From an uncultured Capnocytophaga sp. (GTDB lineage Bacteria; Bacteroidota; Bacteroidia; Flavobacteriales; Flavobacteriaceae): 64,000 nucleotides of DNA. Shown in pieces: positions 18,979 through 28,666 of this stretch (positions are counted from its first letter, which is position 1; every line of letters begins with the position of its first letter). The notes below the pieces were generated by a model. The model saw only the letters and a list, made by a program, of their open reading frames with translations, ran no database searches and was not told the origin of the DNA. The DNA lies in the NCBI GenBank assembly GCA_963519425.1, contig CAUQNY010000002.1, forward strand, positions 2,347 to 66,346, read 5' to 3'. The translations under genes were made by a program, and so were the position numbers.

Positions 18979-20151
18979 ATGAAAAGAATACTATTGGCAA
19001 TCAGCCTTCTGGTAGGAGGAGTTGCTACCGCACAAGATTTGCAAGGCCAAATTAACCAATTAAGGGAGGAGTTAGACCAATTGCGCCGTGCCCCTGAAAT
19101 GGAAAAGCCGATGTTGCCACCGATGGAGATGCCTGCTCCTGAGATGGAAAGCCCTCTACACAAGAAGTTTAATATGTTCTTCAACTTCCAGTCTAGTTTT
19201 GATGCAGCTAAGAAAGAAGGGCAGGATATGACAACCCGATTCAATGCCCGCCAGTTGCGTTTGGAAGTACGCGGAGATCTTACAGACCGTATTTTCTACC
19301 GCTTCCGTCACCGTTTGAACAAAACTACTGAAGCAAGAACTTTAGACAATTTGGCTAAGGCTACCGATATGATGTATGCAGGCTTCCGCTTAGACCCTCA
19401 ATGGACACTTACAGCAGGTAAGATGTGCCAAGCGTGGGGAGGCTTTGAGTTCGATTTGAACCCGATGAACATCTATGAATACTCAGATTTCATTGAGAAT
19501 ATGGATAACTTTATGTTGGGAGCAATGATTACGTATGCACCTAATCCTAATCACGAGTTTAATTTTCAAGTAACCAATGTGCGCAATGATAGTTTTGATA
19601 AGATTTACGGCACTGCCTCTGCTACCATTAGTGCGAGTAAAAATCCTTTGACTTACATTTTCAACTGGAATGGCAATTTATTTGACAATGTTATTCAAAC
19701 TCGTTGGGGAGCAGGATTCCAAAATGAAGCTGATGGCTACACGAACTCAATGCTGATGTTGGGTACTAAACTGAATTTGCCTACTTTTCAAGTCTTTTTA
19801 GACTATATGATGGCCAATGAAAAATTAGATAGGCTACAATACACTCCTATGAGTGGTAGTAATGTGGTGAAAGATGCTAAGTACAACAGCTTTGTCCTTA
19901 AAGCAGAATATCAGCCAGTGCCTAAGTATAATATTTTTGCTCAAGGATTGTATGAAACTGCCAAGAGTGATTTGCCTGGTAATGAGATGAAAGGTTTGGG
20001 ATATTTTCTAGGGGTAGAGTACTTGCCTTTTGAAAAGCAAGACTTGCGTTTCTTCTTGGCCTACATAGGAAGAAGTAGAGAAGTAAATAGCGTATCTGTA
20101 AAAGATAACCGTGTGAGTGTGGGTATGATGTACCGCATTAAAGCATTTTAA
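18979..20151 (+). CDS. Outer-membrane porin (OprO/OprP-like) linked to ansB/dcu
   Basis: Signal peptide, N-terminal coiled coil, amphipathic beta strands, RLEVRG..YRFRHRLN, terminal Phe. Confidence 0.75.
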   Translation: MKRILLAISLLVGGVATAQDLQGQINQLREELDQLRRAPEMEKPMLPPMEMPAPEMESPLHKKFNMFFNFQSSFDAAKKEGQDMTTRFNARQLRLEVRGDLTDRIFYRFRHRLNKTTEARTLDNLAKATDMMYAGFRLDPQWTLTAGKMCQAWGGFEFDLNPMNIYEYSDFIENMDNFMLGAMITYAPNPNHEFNFQVTNVRNDSFDKIYGTASATISASKNPLTYIFNWNGNLFDNVIQTRWGAGFQNEADGYTNSMLMLGTKLNLPTFQVFLDYMMANEKLDRLQYTPMSGSNVVKDAKYNSFVLKAEYQPVPKYNIFAQGLYETAKSDLPGNEMKGLGYFLGVEYLPFEKQDLRFFLAYIGRSREVNSVSVKDNRVSVGMMYRIKAF

Positions 20152-20192
20152 TGATTTGACAATTAGTTAATTTATCTATTAAGCTAATTGCT

Positions 20193-20234
20193 AAAAAGGC
20201 TGTACAGAGATAATCATCTCTGTACAGCCTTTTT
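20193..20234. terminator. Bidirectional intrinsic terminator (porin / kdsC)
   Basis: aaaaaggctgtacagagat-aatc-atctctgtacagccttttt. Confidence 0.88.
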
Positions 20235-20283
20235 GTTGTTTAGGTTTGGAAAAAGTTCTAAGACCACTGCTGAATCCTCTTGA

Positions 20284-20796
20284 TTAGAAAGAGAACCAGT
20301 CGCCACGAACTTTTAGTACTTGTTCTATGACATCGCGAACAGCACCCTGCCCCCCATCGCGATGAGAGATGTAGTGAGCAGCAGCTTTTACCTCGGGTAC
20401 AGCATCTTGAGGGCAAGTGGCTAAGCCTGAATGTTGCATAGGAGGAATGTCGGGGATGTCATCGCCCATATAAAGGATTTGCTCGGTACGGAGCCCTTTG
20501 GTTTTTTGGTACTCCAAGAATGTCTCTAACTTTTCGTGGCGCAACATAAAAATATCGGTTACACCAAGATTTTCAAAGCGCTTGCGCACCCCTACATTTC
20601 CCCCTCCTGTGATGATGCAGATAGTGTAGCCTTTGGCAATGGCTGTTTTCAGAGCAAATCCGTCTTTCATATTCATACTTCTGAAAAGGTCGCCGTCGTT
20701 GTCTACAAAAACTTGGGTGTTGGTGAAGACTCCATCAACATCGAAGATGAAGGTGGTGATGTTTTTGAGTTTTTCTTTATAATTCTTTTCTTCCAT
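20284..20796 (-). CDS. kdsC: KDO-8-phosphate phosphatase (HAD family)
   Basis: FDVDGVFT, KDG, IITGG, YMGDDIPD, GGQGAVRDVIE. Confidence 0.88.
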   Translation of the reverse strand: MEEKNYKEKLKNITTFIFDVDGVFTNTQVFVDNDGDLFRSMNMKDGFALKTAIAKGYTICIITGGGNVGVRKRFENLGVTDIFMLRHEKLETFLEYQKTKGLRTEQILYMGDDIPDIPPMQHSGLATCPQDAVPEVKAAAHYISHRDGGQGAVRDVIEQVLKVRGDWFSF

Positions 20797-21547
20797 AGGT
20801 GTTAATTATTGATTTAGTAATTATCTGATACATTTCTTTTTCTATGCCGGAAAGCAATTCCAAATGGGCATCAATGGTTTGCTGATCGGTGCGGCGGGCA
20901 GGGCCTGTTTGCGCTTCGTAGGCCGACATTGTTTGGAGTTTTGTAAAAGTTTCGGTCAGTAGGGGGGTTAGGAGCTCAAAAGGTATTTTGTTTTCTTGGC
21001 ATAGGCGTTGGCTTATGGTTATCTGGTGGTTGCTAAAGTTGTTCAGGAAAACAGCCGCTAAGTGCAAGATGCGGCGCTGATAGCTGTTGATCAGGTAGTT
21101 TTTAGTTGAGAGACTCTGAGCTAAAGGCAGCAAAAAGGAAGTCATATCGGTGGGATGCTCGGCTTCTAAACAAATAGGCACCGCTGAAAAATCGATAGAG
21201 GTGTTCTTGGAAAAAGATTGCAGAGGATACCACACAGCACGTCGGTTTTTGGGATGTATTGCTTCCATAGGAGTATTGCCTGAAGTATGTACGACTAATT
21301 TTTCTTCGAAAGGGAGTGCCTCGGAGAGCGGTGTGATGGCTTGATCGGAGATTGCTAAAAGGTATACATCGGCAGGGATGAGTGCCTCTAAAGAGTGTAT
21401 TTTGGGGAGTTGGAAGGCTTCGAATTCAGTTCCAAAAGCACTTCGGTTGTAGAGTTGCAACAGTTGTACTTCGGGATGCTGATAGAAGGCTTTGGCCAGA
21501 TGATAGGCTACATTGCCTCCTCCTATGAGGGTTACACTGATGGGCAT
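20777..21547 (-). CDS. Rossmann-like + DUF2520 oxidoreductase
   Basis: IGGGNVA, HTSG, YPLQSFS, LHLAAVFLNNF, QTGPARR. Start moved to ATG 21547 because the -7 element at 21575-21582 overlaps the track's start. Confidence 0.85.
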   Translation of the reverse strand: MPISVTLIGGGNVAYHLAKAFYQHPEVQLLQLYNRSAFGTEFEAFQLPKIHSLEALIPADVYLLAISDQAITPLSEALPFEEKLVVHTSGNTPMEAIHPKNRRAVWYPLQSFSKNTSIDFSAVPICLEAEHPTDMTSFLLPLAQSLSTKNYLINSYQRRILHLAAVFLNNFSNHQITISQRLCQENKIPFELLTPLLTETFTKLQTMSAYEAQTGPARRTDQQTIDAHLELLSGIEKEMYQIITKSIINTYGRKEL

Positions 21548-21574
21548 ATAAGACGTGTGTATTTTACAATGGGG

Positions 21575-21582
21575 CAAAGGTA
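21575..21582 (-). promoter_or_regulatory. -7 promoter element (TACCTTTG)
   Basis: caaaggta on the + strand, 28 bp before ATG 21547. Confidence 0.7.
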
Positions 21583-21694
21583 ATAAAAAAATGGCAATTT
21601 GCCAATGGTAGAATGTATGAAGTTATAAAAAGTAGTGAGAGTATCTGAAACGATTTTGACAAGTAGCTGCTTATAGGAAGGCTCTGCTGATTTT

Positions 21695-21836
21695 GAAGAG
21701 AGCGTGATTGGTAGAATGTGGGGTGTAGATTAAGCAGCTTTTTAATGATTTCATTTGAAGATGTAGGTGGAGGCAGGGAGGCTTTGTCTCTTGTTTGTTT
21801 TTTCTTCGCTGTAGGTTCGCTGTAGGTAGACAGTAG
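21695..21836 (+). repeat. Degenerate copy of the dispersed element (11-bp units only, no head)
   Basis: CTTCGCTGTAG, GTTCGCTGTAG, GTAGACAGTAG at 21804-21836. gagagcgtgattggtagaa at ~21698 resembles gagagcttttggcagaa of copy B. Confidence 0.5.
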
Positions 21837-21912
21837 AAAAAGTAGGTAGTGTTGCGGAAACTTGTATTAATATTTTTTTGAGTTTGTATATGGTTAATTC
21901 ATTTATTTTCTC

Positions 21913-21920
21913 TATATTTG
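21913..21920 (+). promoter_or_regulatory. -7 promoter element (TATATTTG)
   Basis: TAnnTTTG about 115 bp before ATG 22036. Confidence 0.6.
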
Positions 21921-22035
21921 CCCCCAAATACAAGTCGTTGAGAGGCAGTATACATTGTGAAGAGCCCTTTGGGTATTGATGAAATGTAGTGGGAATATAC
22001 TGTGAATGAACTTGGAACTTTAGTTACGAAAATAA

Positions 22036-22641
22036 ATGGGTTTTTTAAAAAGAATATTTGGCAAAAAGGAAGTGCAAAAAGAACAAAAGCAGAAGGAAGA
22101 AGAACAGATTCCACCTGATGAGTTCTTTGCTATCCATTTTATTAAAAAAGGAGGATTTTTTATTTACTGTGCTTCGGAAATGGAAGTGCAGGACACTTTT
22201 AGGAATATTTTGAAAGAGTTGGGAGTTCAGATAAAAATGAGTGGTAACCCCTCGGAGGTAATCAGACAGCATTTTGAAGATTATTTGTCTTTTTTTGAAC
22301 AAAATGGAGTGGAAGACTCTGATGTGTATGTTACTGATTGTGAAGCTCTCTTGACATCCTCGGCAGGGATTATGTTTTCGCCTGCACAGCTAAAACACCG
22401 GAAATTTGAAGAACTACCTAAAATATTTGTGGTTTTTGCTACAACCAGTCAGATGGTGAAGGATATCCACGAGGGAATGAAGGTGCTCAAACGTAAAAAT
22501 AGCTTGAGTGCTCCTATAACTCCTCTTACCTTGCAGAACTTTACTGGTAAGCCCGACAAGAATAGTATAGATACTTTTGGGCTTAACAGCAAGAAGACCT
22601 ATTTGATACTTTTGGAAGATTTACCTTTGGAACAAGCATAA
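22036..22641 (+). CDS. LUD-domain (LutC/YkgG-like) protein
   Basis: F..hF..KGG.F.YC, TDCEALL...GI, LP.IFVVFATTSQ, LILLED; typical flavobacterial neighbour of cdsA. Confidence 0.65.
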   Translation: MGFLKRIFGKKEVQKEQKQKEEEQIPPDEFFAIHFIKKGGFFIYCASEMEVQDTFRNILKELGVQIKMSGNPSEVIRQHFEDYLSFFEQNGVEDSDVYVTDCEALLTSSAGIMFSPAQLKHRKFEELPKIFVVFATTSQMVKDIHEGMKVLKRKNSLSAPITPLTLQNFTGKPDKNSIDTFGLNSKKTYLILLEDLPLEQA

Positions 22642-22644
22642 GTT

Positions 22645-23487
22645 ATGAACGAACTATTCAAGCGAACTCTTACAGGGGTTATTTATATTTTTCTATTGCT
22701 CTCGGCTATTATGCTTGATGCCGATGCGTTTGACTTTCTTTTTCTCTCTTTCGGCATTATATGTCTGTTTGAGTTTAAGTTGCTCATTCGCTTGAAAGAG
22801 CTGCATATTTTCTTGATATTTTTGTTGGTTTGGTGGTTGTTTATACACTTAAAAATGAGTCAGTTTTCGTTGTATATGTTGCTTTTGGCAACTTTGCTGA
22901 CGAATGTTTATCTGACATTGACGCTTTTCAGTGAGAAAACGCCTTTGCGAAACCGAAATAACAACACGAAGCTACTCATTAGTCTGTTGTATATAGGAGG
23001 AGGATGTCTGTTTGTACCACTTATCTACAAATATGAGAACAATCCGAATCCGAACTATTATTTTCAGTATCTGTTTAGCAACGAGTCGCAAATTACGATG
23101 ATAGGTTTGCTGTGCATCATTTGGGCGAGCGATACTTTTGCTTACTTGACGGGACGCACTTTTGGAAAACATAAACTTTTTGAGCGTATTTCTCCAAAGA
23201 AGACTATTGAAGGTTTTATGGGAGGCTTGGTAGGCTCGGTGCTTGTTTCGATGCTCATAGATATTTACAGTGCACGGCCTATGTGGCAGTGGATACTTTT
23301 GGCTATTGTACTGGTGGTAGCAGGGACAATAGGAGACCTTGTAGAGTCGAGTTTTAAGCGAGCAGCCAAAGTGAAGGACAGTGGTACAATCTTGCCGGGA
23401 CACGGGGGACTATTAGACCGCTTGGACAGTCTTCTTTTTGCTTCGCCTTTTGCTTTTTTCACTCTTTTAATATTTGACCTTTTTTAA
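22645..23487 (+). CDS. cdsA: Phosphatidate cytidylyltransferase
   Basis: WASDTFAYLTG, ISPKKTIEG, GDLVES..KR...VKDSG.ILPGHGG.LDRLDS. Confidence 0.95.
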   Translation: MNELFKRTLTGVIYIFLLLSAIMLDADAFDFLFLSFGIICLFEFKLLIRLKELHIFLIFLLVWWLFIHLKMSQFSLYMLLLATLLTNVYLTLTLFSEKTPLRNRNNNTKLLISLLYIGGGCLFVPLIYKYENNPNPNYYFQYLFSNESQITMIGLLCIIWASDTFAYLTGRTFGKHKLFERISPKKTIEGFMGGLVGSVLVSMLIDIYSARPMWQWILLAIVLVVAGTIGDLVESSFKRAAKVKDSGTILPGHGGLLDRLDSLLFASPFAFFTLLIFDLF

Positions 23488-24258
23488 ATGAAATTTTATA
23501 AATATCAGGGAACGGGCAATGATTTTGTAATGATTGATAATCGGGATTTGCTTTTTCCTAAATACGATACGACATTTGTAGCTAGTATTTGTCATCGGCG
23601 TTTTGGAGTAGGAGCCGATGGTCTTATCTTACTAGAAAATGACCCTAACTACGATTTTAGAATGGTGTACTACAATGCCGACGGTGCGCAAAGCACAATG
23701 TGTGGCAATGGTGGCCGATGTGTGGTGGCTTTTGCGCACAAGTTGGGTGTCATAGACTGTGAGACGCACTTTGTGGCTGTAGACGGAGCGCACCGCGCCT
23801 CTATTACTGCAGAGGGAGAGGTGCGATTGCAGATGCAGAATGTAGCAGAGGTGTCAGTTTTTCCTGACTATGTGTTCCTCAATACGGGGTCGCCCCACCA
23901 CGTGCAATGGGTGAAGGATGTGGAGGCAGTAGATGTGAAAGCAGAAGGGGCTGCCCTACGCTATGGCTCTCTGTATGCTGACAAAGGGGGAAGTAATATC
24001 AACTTTGTGTCGGTTGCAGATGAGGGGGTTAAAGTGCGCACCTACGAGCGTGGTGTAGAAGATGAAACTTATTCTTGTGGCACAGGGGCTACAGCGGTAG
24101 CCTTGGCTCTGTTTCAGACTCAGCGCACTGACCAAAAGGAACTGACACTCCATACCCGAGGAGGTAATCTAAAGGTTTCGTTTGAAAGAGTAGGGGAGGG
24201 GTATGCCAATGTGTGGCTCTCTGGCCCTGCTACTTTTGTTTTTGAAGGAGATTTTTAA
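23488..24258 (+). CDS. dapF: Diaminopimelate epimerase
   Basis: KYQGTGNDF, MCGNGGRC, NTGSPH, RTYERGVEDETYSCGTG. Confidence 0.96.
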   Translation: MKFYKYQGTGNDFVMIDNRDLLFPKYDTTFVASICHRRFGVGADGLILLENDPNYDFRMVYYNADGAQSTMCGNGGRCVVAFAHKLGVIDCETHFVAVDGAHRASITAEGEVRLQMQNVAEVSVFPDYVFLNTGSPHHVQWVKDVEAVDVKAEGAALRYGSLYADKGGSNINFVSVADEGVKVRTYERGVEDETYSCGTGATAVALALFQTQRTDQKELTLHTRGGNLKVSFERVGEGYANVWLSGPATFVFEGDF

Positions 24259-24259
24259 A

Positions 24260-24766
24260 ATGAGACTACGCGCCTTAGAACCCGATGACTTGCTTTTCTT
24301 GTACTTGCTTGAAAACCAAGAAGAGATTTGGGAGATGAGCGATACCCAAGTGCCTTTTTCGAAGCACTTGCTCGAAGCCTATCTGGAAAACGCACGGCAG
24401 GACATTTATACAGCTAAGCAGTTTAGGTATGTGATAGAGCTGCAAAGGGAGGCTTTAGGGTGCCTTGATATATACGATTTTTCGCCTAAACACCGCCGTG
24501 CTTGTGTGGGGATAGCTATTTTGCCGCAACATCAGGGGAAGGGCTATGGCAGTCAGGCCTTGGCACTCCTTTTGCTACAAGCGGTGCGCTATTGGGACTT
24601 ACACCAACTGATAGCTTATATTCCTGTTGATAATCTTCGGAGCCTGCGTTTGTTTGAAAAGGCTGGTTTTAGCCGTAGCGGTCTGCAAAAAGATTGGCTC
24701 TACTGGCAAGGGGCTTTTAAGGATGTAGCAGTTTACCAAAGGCGTTTGGACGATGAGGCTATTTGA
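24260..24766 (+). CDS. GNAT (RimJ/RimL-type) N-acetyltransferase
   Basis: MRLRALEPDD, HQGKGYG acetyl-CoA motif, N..S..LFEKAGF; start at ATG 24260, just after the dapF stop. Confidence 0.85.
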   Translation: MRLRALEPDDLLFLYLLENQEEIWEMSDTQVPFSKHLLEAYLENARQDIYTAKQFRYVIELQREALGCLDIYDFSPKHRRACVGIAILPQHQGKGYGSQALALLLLQAVRYWDLHQLIAYIPVDNLRSLRLFEKAGFSRSGLQKDWLYWQGAFKDVAVYQRRLDDEAI

Positions 24767-24845
24767 CAATTTGTAGATGAGGCGATTAGGAAGGGATTAA
24801 CAAAAGTATTAAGTATTAAATATTCATTATTCATCATTAAATAAA

Positions 24846-26120
24846 ATGCAAAGAGACAACGACATTTTTGAACTCATTCAGGATGAGCGCGAGCGCCAAG
24901 AGCGTGGTATCGAGCTCATTGCTTCCGAGAACTTTGTTAGCGACCAAGTGATGGAAGCTGCTGGCTCGGTATTGACTAATAAGTATGCCGAGGGCTACCC
25001 AGGGCGTCGCTATTACGGTGGTTGCGAGGTGGTGGACGAGATTGAGCAGTTGGCCATTGATCGCGCGAAGGCACTCTTCGGGGCGGAATATGCCAATGTG
25101 CAGCCTCACAGCGGTTCGCAAGCTAACTCTTCGGTTTATGCGGCTTGCCTAAAACCAGGGGATAAGATTCTCGGCTTTGACCTTTCGCACGGAGGACACC
25201 TTACTCACGGGTCGCCAGTGAATTTTTCGGGAAGACTCTATGAGCCTGTTTTCTACGGAGTAGAAGAAGAGACAGGAATGCTGAACTACGACAAAATAGA
25301 GGAAATCGCTCTTAGAGAGAAACCTCAAATGATTGTAGCAGGAGCATCGGCCTATTCGCGCGATATTGACTTCAAACGTTTCCGTGAGATTGCCGACAAG
25401 GTAGGCGCTCTCCTCTTTGCCGACATTGCTCACCCTGCAGGACTTATTGCAAAAGGTCTATTGAACGACCCTGTTCCTCATTGCCATATCGTAACGACTA
25501 CAACCCACAAAACTCTTCGTGGGCCTCGTGGTGGTCTTATCTTGATGGGCAAGGATTTTGAAAATCCTTTCGGACTAAAAACGCCTAAGGGAGAAATCCG
25601 TATGATGTCGTCGTTGTTGGATAGTTCTGTTTTCCCAGGGAACCAAGGCGGGCCTTTGGAACACGTGATAGCTGCTAAAGCTGTAGCTTTCTTAGAAGCT
25701 CTTTCAGACGACTTTTTGCGTTACGCTATCCAAATACAAAAGAACGCTCGCAAATTGGCCTCTTTGCTTATTGCTAAAGGTTATAACATCATTTCTAATG
25801 GTACTGATAACCACTTGATGCTTATTGATTTGCGCAATAAGAATATCAGTGGTAAGGATGCAGAAGCCGCTTTAGGCAAAGCAGACATTACAGTGAACAA
25901 GAATATGGTGCCTTTTGACACTCGTTCGCCTTTTGTAACGAGCGGTATTCGCGTAGGGGTTGCTGCTATTACTACTCGCGGACTTATAGAAAGCGATATG
26001 GAACGCATTGCTGACTTCATAGATCGCGCTATCAGTCATCATACAGATGATGAGTACCTCGAATCAATTGCTGAAGAGGTGAACCTATTTATGGAAGATC
26101 GTCCGCTGTTTGCGTATTAA
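24846..26120 (+). CDS. glyA: Serine hydroxymethyltransferase
   Basis: [34 protein letters not shown]. Confidence 0.98.
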   Translation: MQRDNDIFELIQDERERQERGIELIASENFVSDQVMEAAGSVLTNKYAEGYPGRRYYGGCEVVDEIEQLAIDRAKALFGAEYANVQPHSGSQANSSVYAACLKPGDKILGFDLSHGGHLTHGSPVNFSGRLYEPVFYGVEEETGMLNYDKIEEIALREKPQMIVAGASAYSRDIDFKRFREIADKVGALLFADIAHPAGLIAKGLLNDPVPHCHIVTTTTHKTLRGPRGGLILMGKDFENPFGLKTPKGEIRMMSSLLDSSVFPGNQGGPLEHVIAAKAVAFLEALSDDFLRYAIQIQKNARKLASLLIAKGYNIISNGTDNHLMLIDLRNKNISGKDAEAALGKADITVNKNMVPFDTRSPFVTSGIRVGVAAITTRGLIESDMERIADFIDRAISHHTDDEYLESIAEEVNLFMEDRPLFAY

Positions 26121-26141
26121 TAAGGTTTAATTGGTTGTATG

Positions 26142-26192
26142 GAAAGTTCCAAGTCTAGAAGATTTTGTCTTTAGGACTTGGAATTTTCTTTT
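26142..26192 (+). terminator. Intrinsic terminator after glyA
   Basis: gaaagttccaagtc...gacttggaattttc followed by a T-rich tail. Confidence 0.7.
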
Positions 26193-26360
26193 GTAAGAGT
26201 GAGCTAAAGCGATGTTTGCTTTGCTCGGGATGTATATCTTTTTGCTTAACTTATGGGGTGGTTATGATGAGATTTTTTTCTATTGGTATGTCTGTATGAA
26301 ACTTTGTAAGTTTGACCTACTAGTGTTTGAAACTTTTTTTGCAAATTGATAATTATTTAC

Positions 26361-26368
26361 TACCTTTG
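26361..26368 (+). promoter_or_regulatory. -7 promoter element (TACCTTTG) of the tatC operon
   Basis: TTTG ending at 26341 and TACCTTTG 19 bp later. Confidence 0.75.
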
Positions 26369-26407
26369 CGGCATTAATTGTATGACCTTTAATACGCTTG
26401 TAAAACA

Positions 26408-27217
26408 ATGGATACGCCTAATGACGAAATGAGCTTTTTAGATCATTTGGAGGAGCTTCGCTGGCATATTATACGTTCGGCAGTAGCAGTGTTGCTTGTT
26501 TCGGTAGTAGCCTTTGTGTGCAAGGATTTTATTTTTGAAATTCTCTTCGCTCCTAAAAAAGGCGACTTCATCACTTACCGAATGTTTTGCGAAATAGGAC
26601 ATTGGTTTGGGGTAGAGAGTGCCTTCTGTGCAGAGGAGTTGCCTTTTAGCATACAGAGCCGTACGATGGCGGGGCAGTTTTCAGCACACATTTGGACATC
26701 TATATGGGCGGGACTCATTGTTGCCTTCCCATACGTATTATATCAAGCGTGGTTATTTGTCAGCCCAGGGTTGTACGAGAAAGAACGCCAAGTGGCAAGA
26801 GGTTTTATTCTTACGGCCTCTTTGTTGTTTTTTTTGGGTGTTCTTTTTGGATATTATCTTATAACCCCACTGTCGATTAATTTTTTAGGAACTTATTCAG
26901 TGAGTCCGGAGGTGAAGAATCAGATAGACATTGATTCATACTTTTCAGTAGTGCGTTCAGCGGTCATCTCTTCTGGCATCATATTTGAGTTACCTATCAT
27001 CATTTATTTCCTTACTAAGTTGGGTATCATTACCCCTAAGGCGATGCGCACTTACCGTCGGCATGCTATTATAGGAGTGCTGATAGTAGCGGCAGTGATA
27101 ACGCCTCCTGATGTGGTGAGCCAGCTGATAGTAGCTCTCCCGATGTTGCTTCTTTACGAAGTGAGCATCTACATCTCGGCATACGTTTTAAAGAAAGAAC
27201 AAAACAAGGTAATTTAA
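26408..27217 (+). CDS. tatC: Twin-arginine translocase subunit TatC
   Basis: FLDHLEELR, FVSPGLYEKE, FELP, AAVITPPD, LLYEVSI. Confidence 0.96.
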   Translation: MDTPNDEMSFLDHLEELRWHIIRSAVAVLLVSVVAFVCKDFIFEILFAPKKGDFITYRMFCEIGHWFGVESAFCAEELPFSIQSRTMAGQFSAHIWTSIWAGLIVAFPYVLYQAWLFVSPGLYEKERQVARGFILTASLLFFLGVLFGYYLITPLSINFLGTYSVSPEVKNQIDIDSYFSVVRSAVISSGIIFELPIIIYFLTKLGIITPKAMRTYRRHAIIGVLIVAAVITPPDVVSQLIVALPMLLLYEVSIYISAYVLKKEQNKVI

Positions 27218-27225
27218 TATTTTAA

Positions 27226-27879
27226 ATGGATTGTAATACCTATTTACAGCATCTACCCAACGTAAAGACGTTGAAACAGCTTTGCAAAGGCACTGCCGTA
27301 TTGGATTGGATTATTTGTGGGCACGAGTTTGAAGTTTATCACACGTACCGCAAACTGAATGAAGAGGAGTACGACGGCTATGAAGCCCAATGGGGGCGCG
27401 GTTTTGAAGATGAAGATGGTTCATCGCTTTCTTTTTATTTTGCTGATAAGGCTTGCTTGCTGGTGCCCTCGTCTAGTGCAGAAGACAGCAAAGGCATCAA
27501 CAATCACGATTTTGAGAAACGTCTTCCTAAACTTTTTTTGCCTTACTACCGCAAGAACTTTTCGGAGAGTGATATTCCTTTTGTAATTTACTCATTGGAT
27601 GGGGAAACTTGGCAATGTGTAGAAAACTTTGCCGTAGAGGAGCACATTGATAAGTTTGACAAAATTACTACAGATCCTGCTGTGTACAAAGAGTGGGCTA
27701 TGGACTACTTGGGAGATGAAGCTTGCCTGCAAGAGGATATGTCTGAACAGACTATCTCGGATATTTACGCGGGCAAAGTGCTTACAGAAGAAATGGTGTA
27801 TAGCCTTGTAACAGAAGTGTATGATTGGGTAGATTTGGAAACAGAACTGGACGAAATGCCCTATCGCTTTTCGTTTTAA
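27226..27879 (+). CDS. Acidic hypothetical protein
   Basis: 217-aa D/E-rich ORF tightly spaced between tatC and lptB; no enzyme motif recognised. Confidence 0.75.
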   Translation: MDCNTYLQHLPNVKTLKQLCKGTAVLDWIICGHEFEVYHTYRKLNEEEYDGYEAQWGRGFEDEDGSSLSFYFADKACLLVPSSSAEDSKGINNHDFEKRLPKLFLPYYRKNFSESDIPFVIYSLDGETWQCVENFAVEEHIDKFDKITTDPAVYKEWAMDYLGDEACLQEDMSEQTISDIYAGKVLTEEMVYSLVTEVYDWVDLETELDEMPYRFSF

Positions 27880-27882
27880 TAT

Positions 27883-28620
27883 ATGAAATTAATTGTAAAC
27901 GACATTATCAAGATATACAAGGGGCGCAAGGTAGTGAAAGGAGTTTCGCTAGAAGTGAACCAAGGAGAAATCGTGGGGTTATTAGGTCCTAACGGTGCGG
28001 GGAAGACTACCTCTTTCTATATGATAGTGGGGCTTATCAAACCTAACGGAGGTACTATCTTCTTAGACAATACCGAGATAACCCATTTTCCAATGTATAG
28101 ACGCGCTCAAAGTGGTATTGGCTACTTAGCACAAGAGGCTTCGGTATTTAGAAAATTGAGTATTGAGGACAACATTAAAAGTGTATTGCAGCTCACTAAA
28201 CTTTCTAAAGCAGAACAACAACGCAAGACAGATGAACTGATTGAGGAGTTTAGTTTGGGGCATATACGCAAGAATCGTGGCGACCTGCTTTCAGGGGGAG
28301 AACGCCGCCGTACAGAAATAGCGCGCGCCTTGGCTACGAGTCCTAATTTTATCTTGCTTGATGAGCCTTTTGCAGGGGTAGACCCTATTGCGGTAGAGGA
28401 TATCCAGCGCATTGTAGCACAACTCAAAGACAAGAATATAGGCATTCTCATCACTGACCACAACGTGCAAGAAACTCTTGCCATTACTGACCGTACCTAC
28501 CTGATGTTTGAAGGAGGTATCCTCAAATCGGGAGTGCCTGAAGATTTGGCAGCTGATGAGATGGTGCGCAAAGTCTATTTAGGAAGAAACTTCGAGTTGA
28601 GAAGAAAAAAACTCTTTTAA
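27883..28620 (+). CDS. lptB: LPS export ABC ATPase LptB
   Basis: [57 protein letters not shown]. Confidence 0.96.
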   Translation: MKLIVNDIIKIYKGRKVVKGVSLEVNQGEIVGLLGPNGAGKTTSFYMIVGLIKPNGGTIFLDNTEITHFPMYRRAQSGIGYLAQEASVFRKLSIEDNIKSVLQLTKLSKAEQQRKTDELIEEFSLGHIRKNRGDLLSGGERRRTEIARALATSPNFILLDEPFAGVDPIAVEDIQRIVAQLKDKNIGILITDHNVQETLAITDRTYLMFEGGILKSGVPEDLAADEMVRKVYLGRNFELRRKKLF

Positions 28621-28666
28621 AGATGCGCGAGCTGAAATACTAAAGACAAAAACTAAAAACGATAAT

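Noticed and set aside
21927..22020. 6S RNA or a known riboswitch
   Set aside because: No recognisable consensus; kept only as a weak structured-leader candidate
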